Source: a virus
Direction: 5' to 3' (one strand)
DNA length: 64,000 nucleotides
IMG/VR virus record: IMGVR_UViG_3300044638_004201
Location: 9,790 to 73,789 of that record
Below are positions 36,018 to 46,377 of this stretch, piece after piece. The translations under genes were made by a program, and so were the position numbers. Numbering within the stretch: position 1 is the first letter of the stretch; every line of letters begins with the position of its first letter. A model generated the notes under the pieces. The model had not been told where the DNA came from, did no database searches, and saw nothing but the letters and a program-made list of their open reading frames with translations.

Positions 36018-39000
36018 GTGCAATTTATTGGTCGCAGTGGCAATGAGGTTCTATTCGTTGCCGATAGCAAAGCCGTAATTGTTGACGAACAAACAAAACT
36101 CGTATGCTCTGTAGGTGATGCTGACTCTATGGTCGCATCTTTCATACCTGATGGCGACCAAACAAAACCAGAATCTTCTATCCCTTTTGAACTTGCTGTT
36201 GCTGCTACAACAGACCTTGATATTAAAGTTTTTTCCAACAATGACCGCTTATACACAATTCCTAAATCAGTTCAGGCCGAAGCAAAACGAGCATTGGAAT
36301 GGCGTAAGGAAGAAAAGCGTGGCGGAACTCCAGTCGGTCTAAACACTGCTCGCACTCTTGCTCGTGGTGGACAAATTGGTATTCGTAAAATTCGTCATAT
36401 TGCTAAATATTTTCCACGCCATGAAGTAGATAAAAAAGGCAAAGGCTACAAGCCTGGACAAGAAAACTATCCAAGCAACGGACGTATCGCTTGGGCACTG
36501 TGGGGCGGGGATGCTGCTAAGTCTTGGGCTACAGCAATTGTAAATCGTGAAAATAGAAAAGCCCAATCTAACTCTATTACCGCCTCTTTCGAGTATGTCA
36601 TGTCTGACTACGCTAAGCCAGAGTCAGTTGACCTTAACTCATTTATTGAAGCAGAAGTTATGCCAGAAGAAATGGCACCTCAATTTTATATGCGTGTTCG
36701 TTTAGATGGTTCAGGGATTGACCGTCTTTATAAAGTAAATCCAGATGGCTCTGTCTTTGTTTGGGACGATGCTATGTGGGAAGATTTAGGAAATATAAAT
36801 CACGACTTTGAAACCTACGATAAGTCTCTTGACGATGCTTATGACAATGTATCAAAACTACACTTGCCTATAGATTCCAAAACAGCAGTAATTATTTCTG
36901 GTCTCTTTGAAGCAGACCCTTTCAAAGCAGTTTATGTTTCTCAAATTGAGCCAGAAGAGTCTCAACTATTTGTTGATGAGATGGATGGCGTCGACTGGGA
37001 TTTAGTAGACGAAGTTGAATACGATGAAACTGATTATAGTGAGTATGAAGAATATTCAGAAGTAGATGATTCTCTAACTGCCGCAGGTGAAGCACCATCA
37101 AGTGGCGCACCAACAAATCAAGATGGAAACTACACCCCAGAAGAGCGCTCAGAAAAGGCTCGTGGTCAGGTTCGTGACAAAATGGGCAAGTTTGCTAAGG
37201 CTGGTGGAAAAGTTGTTATTGGTGGAAACCCTGAATACACGGGAACTATCGAGTCAATAAATCCAGAAAGTCAAAGCGTAAAAGTAAAACTTACAAATGG
37301 TAGTTATGTAGATGTACCTGCTAATACAACAGAGTCAGTAGACACTTTCAAACCAATGCCTCAGGTTCAGTCTGCTGTTTCAACTAAGCAGTTAACTAAA
37401 AATATTCTTGGAGAGCCTCGCACTCCTATTGATAGACCAGCAGCAACTCTTACAGCAAAACTTCCACAGTTGCAGGTAAATCAAGTGAAAACAATTCTTA
37501 GTGATTTCTCCCCCTGGGCAGTAGACCTTAGACAAGCAGCACAAACTCCAGCATCTTCTCCAGATGCTCCAACCGAACTTCGTAAAACACCTAATGCCTA
37601 TAACGACCCATCTTTACGTGCATTTTTAGAGAAGACAGTAGTAAAAGATGGAAAGACTTCTAATCCAAATGCAATTTGGTACCGACCAGATATTTCTAAG
37701 ACACCAGTAAAACCTTCCGATGTTGAAGCATATAAACCAGCAAAAGATTTGAAACCATCTCCTGGTCTTACACCAGTGCCTTGGTTAACACAGCCAGCAA
37801 AAGGATTTACTTCTTCTGCTGAAGCAGCAGAGGTAGAACTTACTCCAGACACATCTGATGTTCCTCCTATCTATATGGCAATTGTTTCTCCAGATGACCC
37901 TCAGGCTGTTATGGAATTAGTTTCATTAGTACCTGCTACTAATAAAACAACTACTCCAATGACTTATAAGCGTAAGCCAGGCAAGTGGGAAAAAGATGAG
38001 CAGATTCTCAATGACCTAAACAGTCCTACTCCTCCACCAGTTATTGTTTTAGATAATGACAACCTTGCTTTGGTATTAGACCAAATTGATTCTGTAAAAC
38101 CAGCAACTGCCTCTATCAGCAATATTGATTCAAGAATCATTGCTTTGATGGCAGCAGGTGGTGCTGATAGAAACCGTGGCAACGCTGAAAAACTTCGTCG
38201 CTACTGGTTATATGGAAAAGGCGCAGCAAAGATTCGTTGGAATACTCCAGGAGACTGGACACGCTGTGTTCGTCAACTTTCTAAATATATGGGACCTCGT
38301 TCTAAGGGCTATTGCGCCTTACGCCATAAAGAAGCCACAGGTATGTGGACAGGCGATAAAGAGCATCGTCAACTGTTTGGTAAAAAAGGAAAAGCAAAGA
38401 ATACTTTTAGTAATGATTTTGTCATTCCATCAGAGGCAGTTCTTGCTTCAGTAATTATGAAAGCAAGAATTGCTGACGCTAAGAATCGTGTTTTGACTGC
38501 TGGTGCTTCTATGGAAGAGCCTGGAGTTGGGGCACAGTTTTATATTCCTCTAGTTATCCCTGAAGCCATAGAGTCTGGCGATGGACGTAAATTTGTTCCA
38601 GGGGCTATCTCAATGAGAGAACTACCACTACCTTTCTTATGGCAAATCAAGACTGGCGAAGGCCATTCCGGATCAGTTGTTATAGGAAAAATTACCAAGA
38701 TGGAAAGAGTAGAAAATGGCATAGGAAATGCCTATGGCTATTTTGACACAGGTGAGTACGGAAAAGAAGCGGAAAGACTCGTTCGTGGCGGATTTATCCG
38801 TGGAGTTTCTGCTGACTTAGATATGTTTGAAGCAAATGAAGAAACAAATGCTTCAGAAAAAGAATCCGACGGCAAAGTCGGAGCAGGTAAAATGAAGATA
38901 ACAAAGGCAAGAGTTATGGCTGTAACGCTTGTCCCTAAACCCGCTTATCAAGAGTGCACTATTGAACTCGTTGATGAGAGTGGGAGAGACCAGGAGGAAG

Positions 39001-40757
39001 AAGTGATTCAAGATGGAGTGTACGTCGAGGGAGTAAATCCACTCGATGCTTCAGCACTCGTCGCTTGCGGAATTGTTGCTGGTGCTATTCCAGTACATCC
39101 GCCTAAGGAGTGGTTTGATAACCCTGGCTTAAACAAGCCAACCGCTCTGACGGTAACTGATGAAGGAAAAGTTTTTGGTCACATTGCCGCTTGGCACGTT
39201 GACCACATTGGAATGTCTTTTGGAACACGACCACCACGCAGTAAGAGTAACTATGCCTATTTTCATACTGGCGTAGTTCGTACTGAGGAAAGTGTCGATG
39301 TTCCAGTTGGACAATTAACATTGGCTGGAGGACACGCTTCTCTAGAAGCCAGTGCTTCAGAAGCAGTTCGTCACTATGACGACACAGCGTCTGCTATCGC
39401 AGATGTTCACGCAGGAGAAGATGCTTATGGCATCTGGGTTTCAGGAGCACTTCGCCCTGGAACAACTCCAGAGCAAATTCGTTCCCTTCGTGCTTCAGCA
39501 CCATCTGGTGACTGGCGCCCAATCAAGGGTTCACTTGAACTTGTAGCAGTTTGCCAAGTAAACGTTCCTGGCTTCCCAATTGCTCGTGCTCGTGTTGCAT
39601 CAGGTCAGGTAATGGCTCTTGTTGCTGCTGGAGCAAATGTTCTTGCTCAACTCAAGCATGACCCACTACGTGAATTAAATGAGCGTATTGACAAACTTGA
39701 AGCACCTATGGTTGCTGCTGCACAAGATGCTAAGTCTCGCATTGAGACAATAACTGCTGCTATCAAGGCTTCAGAACTTTCAAGCAGAATTGCAGAAACA
39801 AAAAATGCTGACAGCGCTTATATGCTTCAGACACTAGAAGATGCTGATACTGAACTAGCAGTGATTTCCCGCAAGATGCGTGAAAAACTTGCTGGCGAAA
39901 AGAAAGCACTTCCAGATGGCTCATTCCCAATCAGAAATGTTTCTGACTTAAGAAATGCTGTTCAGGCATACGGACGTTCAAAGCCAGGAAAACGTGGACT
40001 AGTTCGTCGCCACATCGTAAAGCGTGCCCGTCAACTTGAGAAGACAGACTTAATTCCAGAAAATTGGAAAGAAGCATCTGACACTTCAGACACTTTAATT
40101 GCCAGTATGAGAACCAAAATTGAAGCACTTAAAACAGTTGTTGCCGCAGCCGAAATCACCGAGAAAGACCTAGAAGGTCTGACCGATGAAGAACTTGACA
40201 TACTAAAAAAAGAAGTTAAGGGCAAGAAACAAGCAGATGCAGAACGTGCCAAATACACACCTAAAACCCAACCCCGCGATGCCGCAGGGAAATTTCGACA
40301 AGTTCTTGCCCGGTTGAAATTAGACTTAGGTGATGCTGGCGCTGACGCTGCTCTAAAAAAGATTGAGCAAGCAGAAAACTTAGATAATGCTGGAAACTAC
40401 GCTGGCGCAGCCAAGGCAGCGGGTGACCTTCTAGGCATTATTGACCGCTTGGACACTGGAGCACTAAATTCTGAATCTTTAGAAAATGTCAGAAGTAGTG
40501 CTGGTGAACTTGGAAAAGTTATTGCTAACCTTCCCTTTGCCTTTGGTCAGGACGCCCAAAAGATTCGTTTTAGCGATATCCCTCCTGCGCTACAACAACT
40601 TATGGAAGACATGATTACACGGGTAGAGGCCAAGATTGGCAAGGATGACGCCGCTATTGCCACAAAGGATTTGAACACCTTTATGTCTGGCGGCGACTAT
40701 TACAGCCAATCAGAGATTTCTAGTCAGATGGCTAAGTTACTTCGGTTACTTACCTAG
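36018..40757 (+). CDS. Capsid maturation protease fusion polyprotein
   Basis: ESGDGRKF..LPLP..GHSGSVVIGKI..IRGVSADLD..TLVPKPAY protease domain (~38540-38970); GHIAAW/SGDWR domain; DUF6582-like ALPDGSFPIRN; IAWALWGGD domain. Confidence 0.8.
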   Translation: MQFIGRSGNEVLFVADSKAVIVDEQTKLVCSVGDADSMVASFIPDGDQTKPESSIPFELAVAATTDLDIKVFSNNDRLYTIPKSVQAEAKRALEWRKEEKRGGTPVGLNTARTLARGGQIGIRKIRHIAKYFPRHEVDKKGKGYKPGQENYPSNGRIAWALWGGDAAKSWATAIVNRENRKAQSNSITASFEYVMSDYAKPESVDLNSFIEAEVMPEEMAPQFYMRVRLDGSGIDRLYKVNPDGSVFVWDDAMWEDLGNINHDFETYDKSLDDAYDNVSKLHLPIDSKTAVIISGLFEADPFKAVYVSQIEPEESQLFVDEMDGVDWDLVDEVEYDETDYSEYEEYSEVDDSLTAAGEAPSSGAPTNQDGNYTPEERSEKARGQVRDKMGKFAKAGGKVVIGGNPEYTGTIESINPESQSVKVKLTNGSYVDVPANTTESVDTFKPMPQVQSAVSTKQLTKNILGEPRTPIDRPAATLTAKLPQLQVNQVKTILSDFSPWAVDLRQAAQTPASSPDAPTELRKTPNAYNDPSLRAFLEKTVVKDGKTSNPNAIWYRPDISKTPVKPSDVEAYKPAKDLKPSPGLTPVPWLTQPAKGFTSSAEAAEVELTPDTSDVPPIYMAIVSPDDPQAVMELVSLVPATNKTTTPMTYKRKPGKWEKDEQILNDLNSPTPPPVIVLDNDNLALVLDQIDSVKPATASISNIDSRIIALMAAGGADRNRGNAEKLRRYWLYGKGAAKIRWNTPGDWTRCVRQLSKYMGPRSKGYCALRHKEATGMWTGDKEHRQLFGKKGKAKNTFSNDFVIPSEAVLASVIMKARIADAKNRVLTAGASMEEPGVGAQFYIPLVIPEAIESGDGRKFVPGAISMRELPLPFLWQIKTGEGHSGSVVIGKITKMERVENGIGNAYGYFDTGEYGKEAERLVRGGFIRGVSADLDMFEANEETNASEKESDGKVGAGKMKITKARVMAVTLVPKPAYQECTIELVDESGRDQEEEVIQDGVYVEGVNPLDASALVACGIVAGAIPVHPPKEWFDNPGLNKPTALTVTDEGKVFGHIAAWHVDHIGMSFGTRPPRSKSNYAYFHTGVVRTEESVDVPVGQLTLAGGHASLEASASEAVRHYDDTASAIADVHAGEDAYGIWVSGALRPGTTPEQIRSLRASAPSGDWRPIKGSLELVAVCQVNVPGFPIARARVASGQVMALVAAGANVLAQLKHDPLRELNERIDKLEAPMVAAAQDAKSRIETITAAIKASELSSRIAETKNADSAYMLQTLEDADTELAVISRKMREKLAGEKKALPDGSFPIRNVSDLRNAVQAYGRSKPGKRGLVRRHIVKRARQLEKTDLIPENWKEASDTSDTLIASMRTKIEALKTVVAAAEITEKDLEGLTDEELDILKKEVKGKKQADAERAKYTPKTQPRDAAGKFRQVLARLKLDLGDAGADAALKKIEQAENLDNAGNYAGAAKAAGDLLGIIDRLDTGALNSESLENVRSSAGELGKVIANLPFAFGQDAQKIRFSDIPPALQQLMEDMITRVEAKIGKDDAAIATKDLNTFMSGGDYYSQSEISSQMAKLLRLLT

Positions 40758-40821
40758 TCTGTCTAAAAATCGTACAAAACTAAAAATCACACTAATAGAA
40801 GTAATGTAGTATTCAGTATTA

Positions 40822-40926
40822 GGTGGAGTGCCTCCACGCTATCTACACAGCGTTTCGGAGTCCCTCGGCCTCGATTGATTAGCGAGATAGGTAATAGACC
40901 TATCGTGACTGGCCAGAGGAAGGACA
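40822..40926 (+). promoter_or_regulatory. Structured 5' leader of major capsid gene
   Basis: Stems GTGGAG/CTCCAC, CTCG/CGAG, GATAGGT/ACCTATC; GTCCCTC-GGCC can pair over GGCC-AGAGGAAGGAC (RBS). Confidence 0.5.
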
Positions 40927-40930
40927 GTTC

Positions 40931-43045
40931 GTGGACCAAATTAAAGAACAGATGGATCAACTCGCAGAGTTAGGCGACGATCAAGTTGTCGAACTTCAGA
41001 GTTCAATCTTGAAGCAATTTGAATTGGTTGAGAAAGAAGATCCTACCCCGCAAACAGTCGACGCGATGACGTCACTTGCCGATATGCTCGATGGAGTTAG
41101 AAACGAAGTCAAGCGCCGCGAGGCCGCAGCCATAGAACTCGCTCAGCGAGCCACTGAGGCCGCCTCCCGCGTTTACGGACAAGACGGCGAAAAAGAGGAA
41201 GAAAACATGGAAGCAAAAACAGAAGAGGCTCCAATGGCAGAGGAAGCACCAGTTGCTCCAATGACAGAAGAAGCACCTGCTGAAGAAGCACCTGTTTCTG
41301 ACACTCCTGCTCCAATGGAAGAGGAGAAAAAGATGGATGAGGCAGCAGAGATGCCTGTCGCTCCTGAAAAAGAAACTCCTTCTGATATGGAAGAGGACGA
41401 GAAAAAGAAAGAGGAAAAAACCATGACCGAAGCGTCTACCGAAGCGGGAAAGAACACAGAGTTCTCAACTGAATCACAAATTGAAACACCAGCACCAGTT
41501 GCTGTTGTAGAAGAACCAGTTGTTGCCGCTGCTGAAGAATCAGTAGCACCAGCAGCAACAGAAGAGGCACCAACAGCAGAAGTTGCATCAGCAGAGGCAC
41601 CAGTTGCCGAAGCAGTTGCAGAGACTGTTGTAGATGCTCCAGTGTCAGCAGAAGCATCTGTTGAAACTGTTGAAGGTGCAGAAGCATCTATTCAAGAAAC
41701 ATCAACCCAAGCAAGTGAACCAACCTTGGTTCAAGAAAATATGGAGGCACCCGTGACCGCCGCTGCAAATGCAGACAACCTCAACATTGAGGTCCCGGCT
41801 GACCGCCGTCCAACATCTCGGACATCTGCCGCTCCTGTGGCAATCACAGCGGGTGCAGATATTCCAGGATATACGGCTGGAAGCCCATTAACAGATATGA
41901 GCGCTGTTGCTGAAGCAATGGCAAAGCGTCTACATGGCCTACGCCGTGTAAACGGTGGAGATGGAGAACAACACATTGTTGCTTCTGTAACCACTTCATT
42001 CCCAGAAGACCGCACTCTTACACAAGATGCTGAATCAAACTGGGCAAAAATCAACGCTGTGACAAGCCCAGAAGCACTTGTTGCTTCAGGTGGACACGCA
42101 GCACCATTCGAGACCAAATACGACATTTTTGGACTTGGAACAACAGCACGTCCAGTACGTGATGCTCTTCCTCGTTTCCAGGCTGATCGCGGCGGTATTC
42201 GCTTCGTAACACCACCAGTGCTTTCCTCATACGGAAACGCAGTTGGCGTGTGGACAAACGCAGTTGATACAGCACCTGGTACCGATGTTAAAGCAAGCCT
42301 CACCGTTTCAGCAGCAGCAGAGCAAACCGTCGCAACAGACGCAGTAACTTTGCAACTACAGTTCGGTAACTTGATGACTCGTGCTTATCCAGAACTCATC
42401 GCTCGTCACAACGAGTTGGGTCTGATTCAGCACGCTCGTGAAGCAGAGCAAAACCTTCTTTCAAAGATTGGTACTGCTTCAACAGCAGTTACAACTACTT
42501 CCCTAATCGGATTTGGTCGTGACTTCCTAGTACAACTAGGTCGCGCTTCTGCTGCTTACCGTTCACGTCATCGCCTAGAGGCTGATGCACCACTTCGTGC
42601 GATTATCCCAGCATGGGTTAAGGACGCGATGGCTGCTGACCTTGCTTTGGCAATGCCAGGAGATTCAACTCTCAACGCATACGCAGAAATCGACGGATAC
42701 GTTGCTTCTCGTGGAGTCACACTAAGTGCTTCACTAGATCAGAACGTGTTTGGCGCACAATCATCGTCCGCTGCTCTAAACGAGTTCGCAGATTCATTCA
42801 CTTGGTACCTATTCGCAGAAGGTTCATTCTTGTTCCTTGATGGCGGTACTTTGGATCTAGGAATCATCCGTGATTCTACCCTTGTTGGAACTAACGATTA
42901 CAAGATGTTTGTTGAAACCTTTGAAGGTATCGCATTCGTTGGCGTAGAAGCACTAGCAATTACTTCAACCATTTCTATCAACGGTGTGGCTGCTGCCCTC
43001 CGCGATACAACTGGTGGAGCAACTGCTGCTGCTATTGAGTACTAA
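40931..43045 (+). CDS. Major capsid (hexamer) protein with N-terminal scaffold-like region
   Basis: Acidic E/A/P-rich N-half, then ALVASGGHAAP...YD, RGGIRF, LDLGIIRDSTL...NDY..FVETFEG as in cluster-B-like capsids. Confidence 0.85.
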   Translation: MDQIKEQMDQLAELGDDQVVELQSSILKQFELVEKEDPTPQTVDAMTSLADMLDGVRNEVKRREAAAIELAQRATEAASRVYGQDGEKEEENMEAKTEEAPMAEEAPVAPMTEEAPAEEAPVSDTPAPMEEEKKMDEAAEMPVAPEKETPSDMEEDEKKKEEKTMTEASTEAGKNTEFSTESQIETPAPVAVVEEPVVAAAEESVAPAATEEAPTAEVASAEAPVAEAVAETVVDAPVSAEASVETVEGAEASIQETSTQASEPTLVQENMEAPVTAAANADNLNIEVPADRRPTSRTSAAPVAITAGADIPGYTAGSPLTDMSAVAEAMAKRLHGLRRVNGGDGEQHIVASVTTSFPEDRTLTQDAESNWAKINAVTSPEALVASGGHAAPFETKYDIFGLGTTARPVRDALPRFQADRGGIRFVTPPVLSSYGNAVGVWTNAVDTAPGTDVKASLTVSAAAEQTVATDAVTLQLQFGNLMTRAYPELIARHNELGLIQHAREAEQNLLSKIGTASTAVTTTSLIGFGRDFLVQLGRASAAYRSRHRLEADAPLRAIIPAWVKDAMAADLALAMPGDSTLNAYAEIDGYVASRGVTLSASLDQNVFGAQSSSAALNEFADSFTWYLFAEGSFLFLDGGTLDLGIIRDSTLVGTNDYKMFVETFEGIAFVGVEALAITSTISINGVAAALRDTTGGATAAAIEY

Positions 43046-43078
43046 GCCGTACCCAGTACTAGAAGTAAATCTTGTAGA

Positions 43079-43104
43079 GGGAGCGCTCAGCAATGGGCGC
43101 TCCC
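43079..43104 (+). terminator. Hairpin after capsid gene
   Basis: GGGAGCGCTCA-GCAA-TGGGCGCTCCC. Confidence 0.6.
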
Positions 43105-43155
43105 GATACAGAATAAGTAACTAAATTAACTTTTAAGTTAGAAAGTAGAGTAAAG

Positions 43156-44031
43156 ATGGCCTTTACGGGAGTTTTTGAAGCACCGAAGCATATGCCTTCA
43201 CAGTACGGGCTACTCTCTGTCGCAAAGCCAGAAGCAGGTCCTAAAGAGGATCAATGGATTCGTGGCTTTTCACAAGAGTGGACCACTCAGTATTACTCTG
43301 CAAAAAATATTGACGACACAGACACGACACTTATTACTGTTGCAACTAATGCAACCCCTACTCGTTATGACGAGATTAAACCATTTTTTATTGAAGTCGA
43401 AGATTACCGCTCAACCCTAGGATTACTTGGCGTTGACCCAATTGAAAGAATTAAGAATCAGTTAGAGGGAATTACACAGCACGCAATTGAAAAAGAACTT
43501 TGGGAAGGTGGAGTCCGCATTGGCGAGACTCACACTAACAGAGCACTAGTTAGCCCAGAAGCATCGATTCTAAACTCAGGCACTGCACTGTCTCCTCGTC
43601 GAGCACTGGCTCTTCTTGATTTCCAAATTGGCTCAGCATCTCCTTCTGGAGAACAAGGCGTTATTCACATGACTCGTGACGTTGCTGCGTTACTCGCAAG
43701 CGACGCTCAGTTGCTTATACATAGTGAAGGTAAAGACCACCTTCAAACAATAAGCGGAACGCCCGTAATTGTTGGTTCTAGTTACACAGGTGCAGGTCCA
43801 ACTGACGCTGCTGGTGATACAGAGACGCCAACATCTACAAACAAATGGATGTACGCCACTGGTACTGTCAAGGTTATCCTTGGTGATATCGATGTCGTCA
43901 CTGACACACTGGCACAGGGATACAACGTGTCGGGAAATCAGAATGATATGAACCTTAAAGCAATTCGCCCAGCGGCGGTTTACTTTGACACCTCTATTCA
44001 CTTAGCAATCAGAGTAGATTTAACAGCGTAA
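43156..44031 (+). CDS. Second capsid (pentamer-type) protein
   Basis: YGLLSVA, GVIHM, GTPVIVG, WMYATG; position after major capsid as in cluster B. Confidence 0.7.
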   Translation: MAFTGVFEAPKHMPSQYGLLSVAKPEAGPKEDQWIRGFSQEWTTQYYSAKNIDDTDTTLITVATNATPTRYDEIKPFFIEVEDYRSTLGLLGVDPIERIKNQLEGITQHAIEKELWEGGVRIGETHTNRALVSPEASILNSGTALSPRRALALLDFQIGSASPSGEQGVIHMTRDVAALLASDAQLLIHSEGKDHLQTISGTPVIVGSSYTGAGPTDAAGDTETPTSTNKWMYATGTVKVILGDIDVVTDTLAQGYNVSGNQNDMNLKAIRPAAVYFDTSIHLAIRVDLTA

Positions 44032-44069
44032 AATAAGAACAAGTAAGACCGACTAAAGGAGAAATCAGT

Positions 44070-45116
44070 ATGGCCACTCAGGACTACGCGGCAAGCGTCC
44101 AAGGTGTGGCGATCCGAGTCACCAGACTGGACGCCTCAGGCAACTTACTCACCGAACCAGGTGATAGTTATACAACCTCGGCGTTCCTCCGCGCTTCATT
44201 CACACCAGAGTACGAAGAAGGCGATGAAATTGTAGAAAAGTCAGCAGACGGTACAGTCTGTGTTTCTTACAAAGCCCCAGACACTCTAAAGCGCATCACA
44301 ATGGAACTCGCAATTTGCGAACCAGACCCAGAACTAACAGCACTACTATCAGGTGGTTTGTTACTTCGTAAGAATTTTGGAACTTTTGCTTCACCAGACA
44401 ACGAAAGCATCGGTTGGGCCGCGCCAGCCGTAGGAGACGATCCTGCTGGAAACGGCGTTGCTATTGAAGTTTGGTCATTCGCAGTAAAGGATGGAAAGCG
44501 TGCAACAACAAATCCATACTTCTACTGGGTATTCCCATACGCAAAATTGCGTCAATCAGGTGACCGCGTAATTGAAAACGGTTTACTTGCTAACACATTT
44601 GAAGGTTATGGTTTAGGAAACGAAAACTTTGACACAGGTCTAGATGGCCGTTGGGAGTTCCCAATCGCAACAGAGCGTCCATACTCATACGCTCGTGCAT
44701 CATGGGCACCAACAGGTCTAAAGGGCTTCTACGAGTGGTACGACAACCTATCAGCCGTAGTAAACAACAAGTCTCTTACATCTAACGTAGCAACAATAAC
44801 TACTGCTTCAGCCCACGGCTTTGAAGCAGGTCAGAGCGTTGTTGTAGCAGGTGTTGATGCCACATTCAATGGTACTTACACAATTACCACTGTTGGAAGC
44901 AACACAACCTTCTCTTACGCAAAGGTTGCTACAAACGTTGCTAGTGCTGCTGTATCCCCTGTGGGCTCAGCGGTTCGTCAACGTGGATACACAGCGGTTA
45001 CAGACTTTGCCTCACAAGGCTCAACAACAACATACAACGTTCCTGGTAACTCAGATTACAACGCTGATGCTGCTGTTGACTTTATTATCGCATCGTCAGA
45101 AAACCCAACAGAGTAA
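44070..45116 (+). CDS. Major tail protein with C-terminal beta-rich add-on domain
   Basis: IRVTRLDASG, EEGDEI..K.ADG.VC, AIEVWS, YWVFP. Confidence 0.85.
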   Translation: MATQDYAASVQGVAIRVTRLDASGNLLTEPGDSYTTSAFLRASFTPEYEEGDEIVEKSADGTVCVSYKAPDTLKRITMELAICEPDPELTALLSGGLLLRKNFGTFASPDNESIGWAAPAVGDDPAGNGVAIEVWSFAVKDGKRATTNPYFYWVFPYAKLRQSGDRVIENGLLANTFEGYGLGNENFDTGLDGRWEFPIATERPYSYARASWAPTGLKGFYEWYDNLSAVVNNKSLTSNVATITTASAHGFEAGQSVVVAGVDATFNGTYTITTVGSNTTFSYAKVATNVASAAVSPVGSAVRQRGYTAVTDFASQGSTTTYNVPGNSDYNADAAVDFIIASSENPTE

Positions 45117-45129
45117 TTAGATAACTGAG

Positions 45130-45183
45130 GGCGGACGACGTGCCAGTCGTGTCATTAGCACACATGGTAAGTCGTCCGCTTTT
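45130..45183 (+). terminator. Hairpin + T-tract after major tail gene
   Basis: GGCGGACGAC...GTCGTCCGCT TTT. Confidence 0.6.
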
Positions 45184-45200
45184 AGTATTTAGGAGACAAA

Positions 45201-46346
45201 GTGAGCAGTAATCTTTGGACTAACGTAGAAGATTTAGGTAGCGCATATGCTGATTCTGACTACGCTTACGATGCTGTAAAAACTGCTTCCTATTTATTGT
45301 GGGGAATGTCTGGCCGCAAATACAGCGGAACAACAACTGTTACAGAACGCTATGTTTCTGTCTACGACCCATACCTTCGTGCTGGTGCATCAATAATGAC
45401 TTACTCACCAACTCTTATTCAAGGTGAGGTTAAGAACCTAAGAATTGGTGGCTCTGGTCTTTATGGAGACGATGACTACCTAGGTGATGGAACATCATCA
45501 AACACTCGTATCCGTCTTCGTGGTCGTAAAGTTGTAAAAATTCATACTGTAAGAGATATTGATGGAAATATCATTGACCCGTCTCAATACTATTTAGTAG
45601 AGCACTCAACTCTTTTAGCAACACCTGGAGCCACTTGGACTCCATCAAACGTAGAGGTTACATATACCTACGGAACTCCTCCTCCAACAGCAGGTAAAAA
45701 CGCTGCTCGTATGTTGGCTATTGAACTTGTAAAACTTTATGAAGGCGATGACACTTGCGCCCTACCTCAACGTGTTACTTCTATTTCTAGACAAGGTATT
45801 TCTTATACAGTACTTGACAATCAAGATTTTATTGATGACTTGCGTACTGGACTATACGCTGTTGATTTATTTTTGAAAACTTCTAACCCAGATAAAGCCC
45901 GTGCTCGTGCTCGTGTATTTAGTCCAGATGTTCCTAAGGCTCGTCGCATTACACCAAAGCCTTTCTTGTATACAGAAACAGCATTTGACCTAAGAGTCTT
46001 GCCAACAGGTGGAAGTGTTGTACTTTACTTAGATGAGGTAAGTGGAGATTTCTTACTAAACGACAATGCTTGGGTAGTCTCTATGACTGTCTCTGATTAC
46101 ACAGGATCTAAAACCGAGACTTTCACTGGCGCAGCCGTGTTGAATCGTGGAACTGAAAAGATAACTATTACAGTTAACTATTCAGACATCCTCGCTGTGC
46201 TGGGACCAAGAGAACCAGGTGTATACGATATTTACTGCACTAGACCAAGTTTGGCAAACCCTGCTGTAGATGAGGTAATCAATCTTCTTACAGCAAATGC
46301 ATCAATCCAACTTGGAACAAGAGTAGAGCCTATCTACACCTTGTAG
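45201..46346 (+). CDS. Head-to-tail adaptor
   Basis: LWGMSGRKY, VTYTYG..PP, CALPQRVTSISRQG. Confidence 0.8.
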   Translation: MSSNLWTNVEDLGSAYADSDYAYDAVKTASYLLWGMSGRKYSGTTTVTERYVSVYDPYLRAGASIMTYSPTLIQGEVKNLRIGGSGLYGDDDYLGDGTSSNTRIRLRGRKVVKIHTVRDIDGNIIDPSQYYLVEHSTLLATPGATWTPSNVEVTYTYGTPPPTAGKNAARMLAIELVKLYEGDDTCALPQRVTSISRQGISYTVLDNQDFIDDLRTGLYAVDLFLKTSNPDKARARARVFSPDVPKARRITPKPFLYTETAFDLRVLPTGGSVVLYLDEVSGDFLLNDNAWVVSMTVSDYTGSKTETFTGAAVLNRGTEKITITVNYSDILAVLGPREPGVYDIYCTRPSLANPAVDEVINLLTANASIQLGTRVEPIYTL

Positions 46347-46377
46347 AATTTACGTAAAAGACGAAAGAGAGACATAA

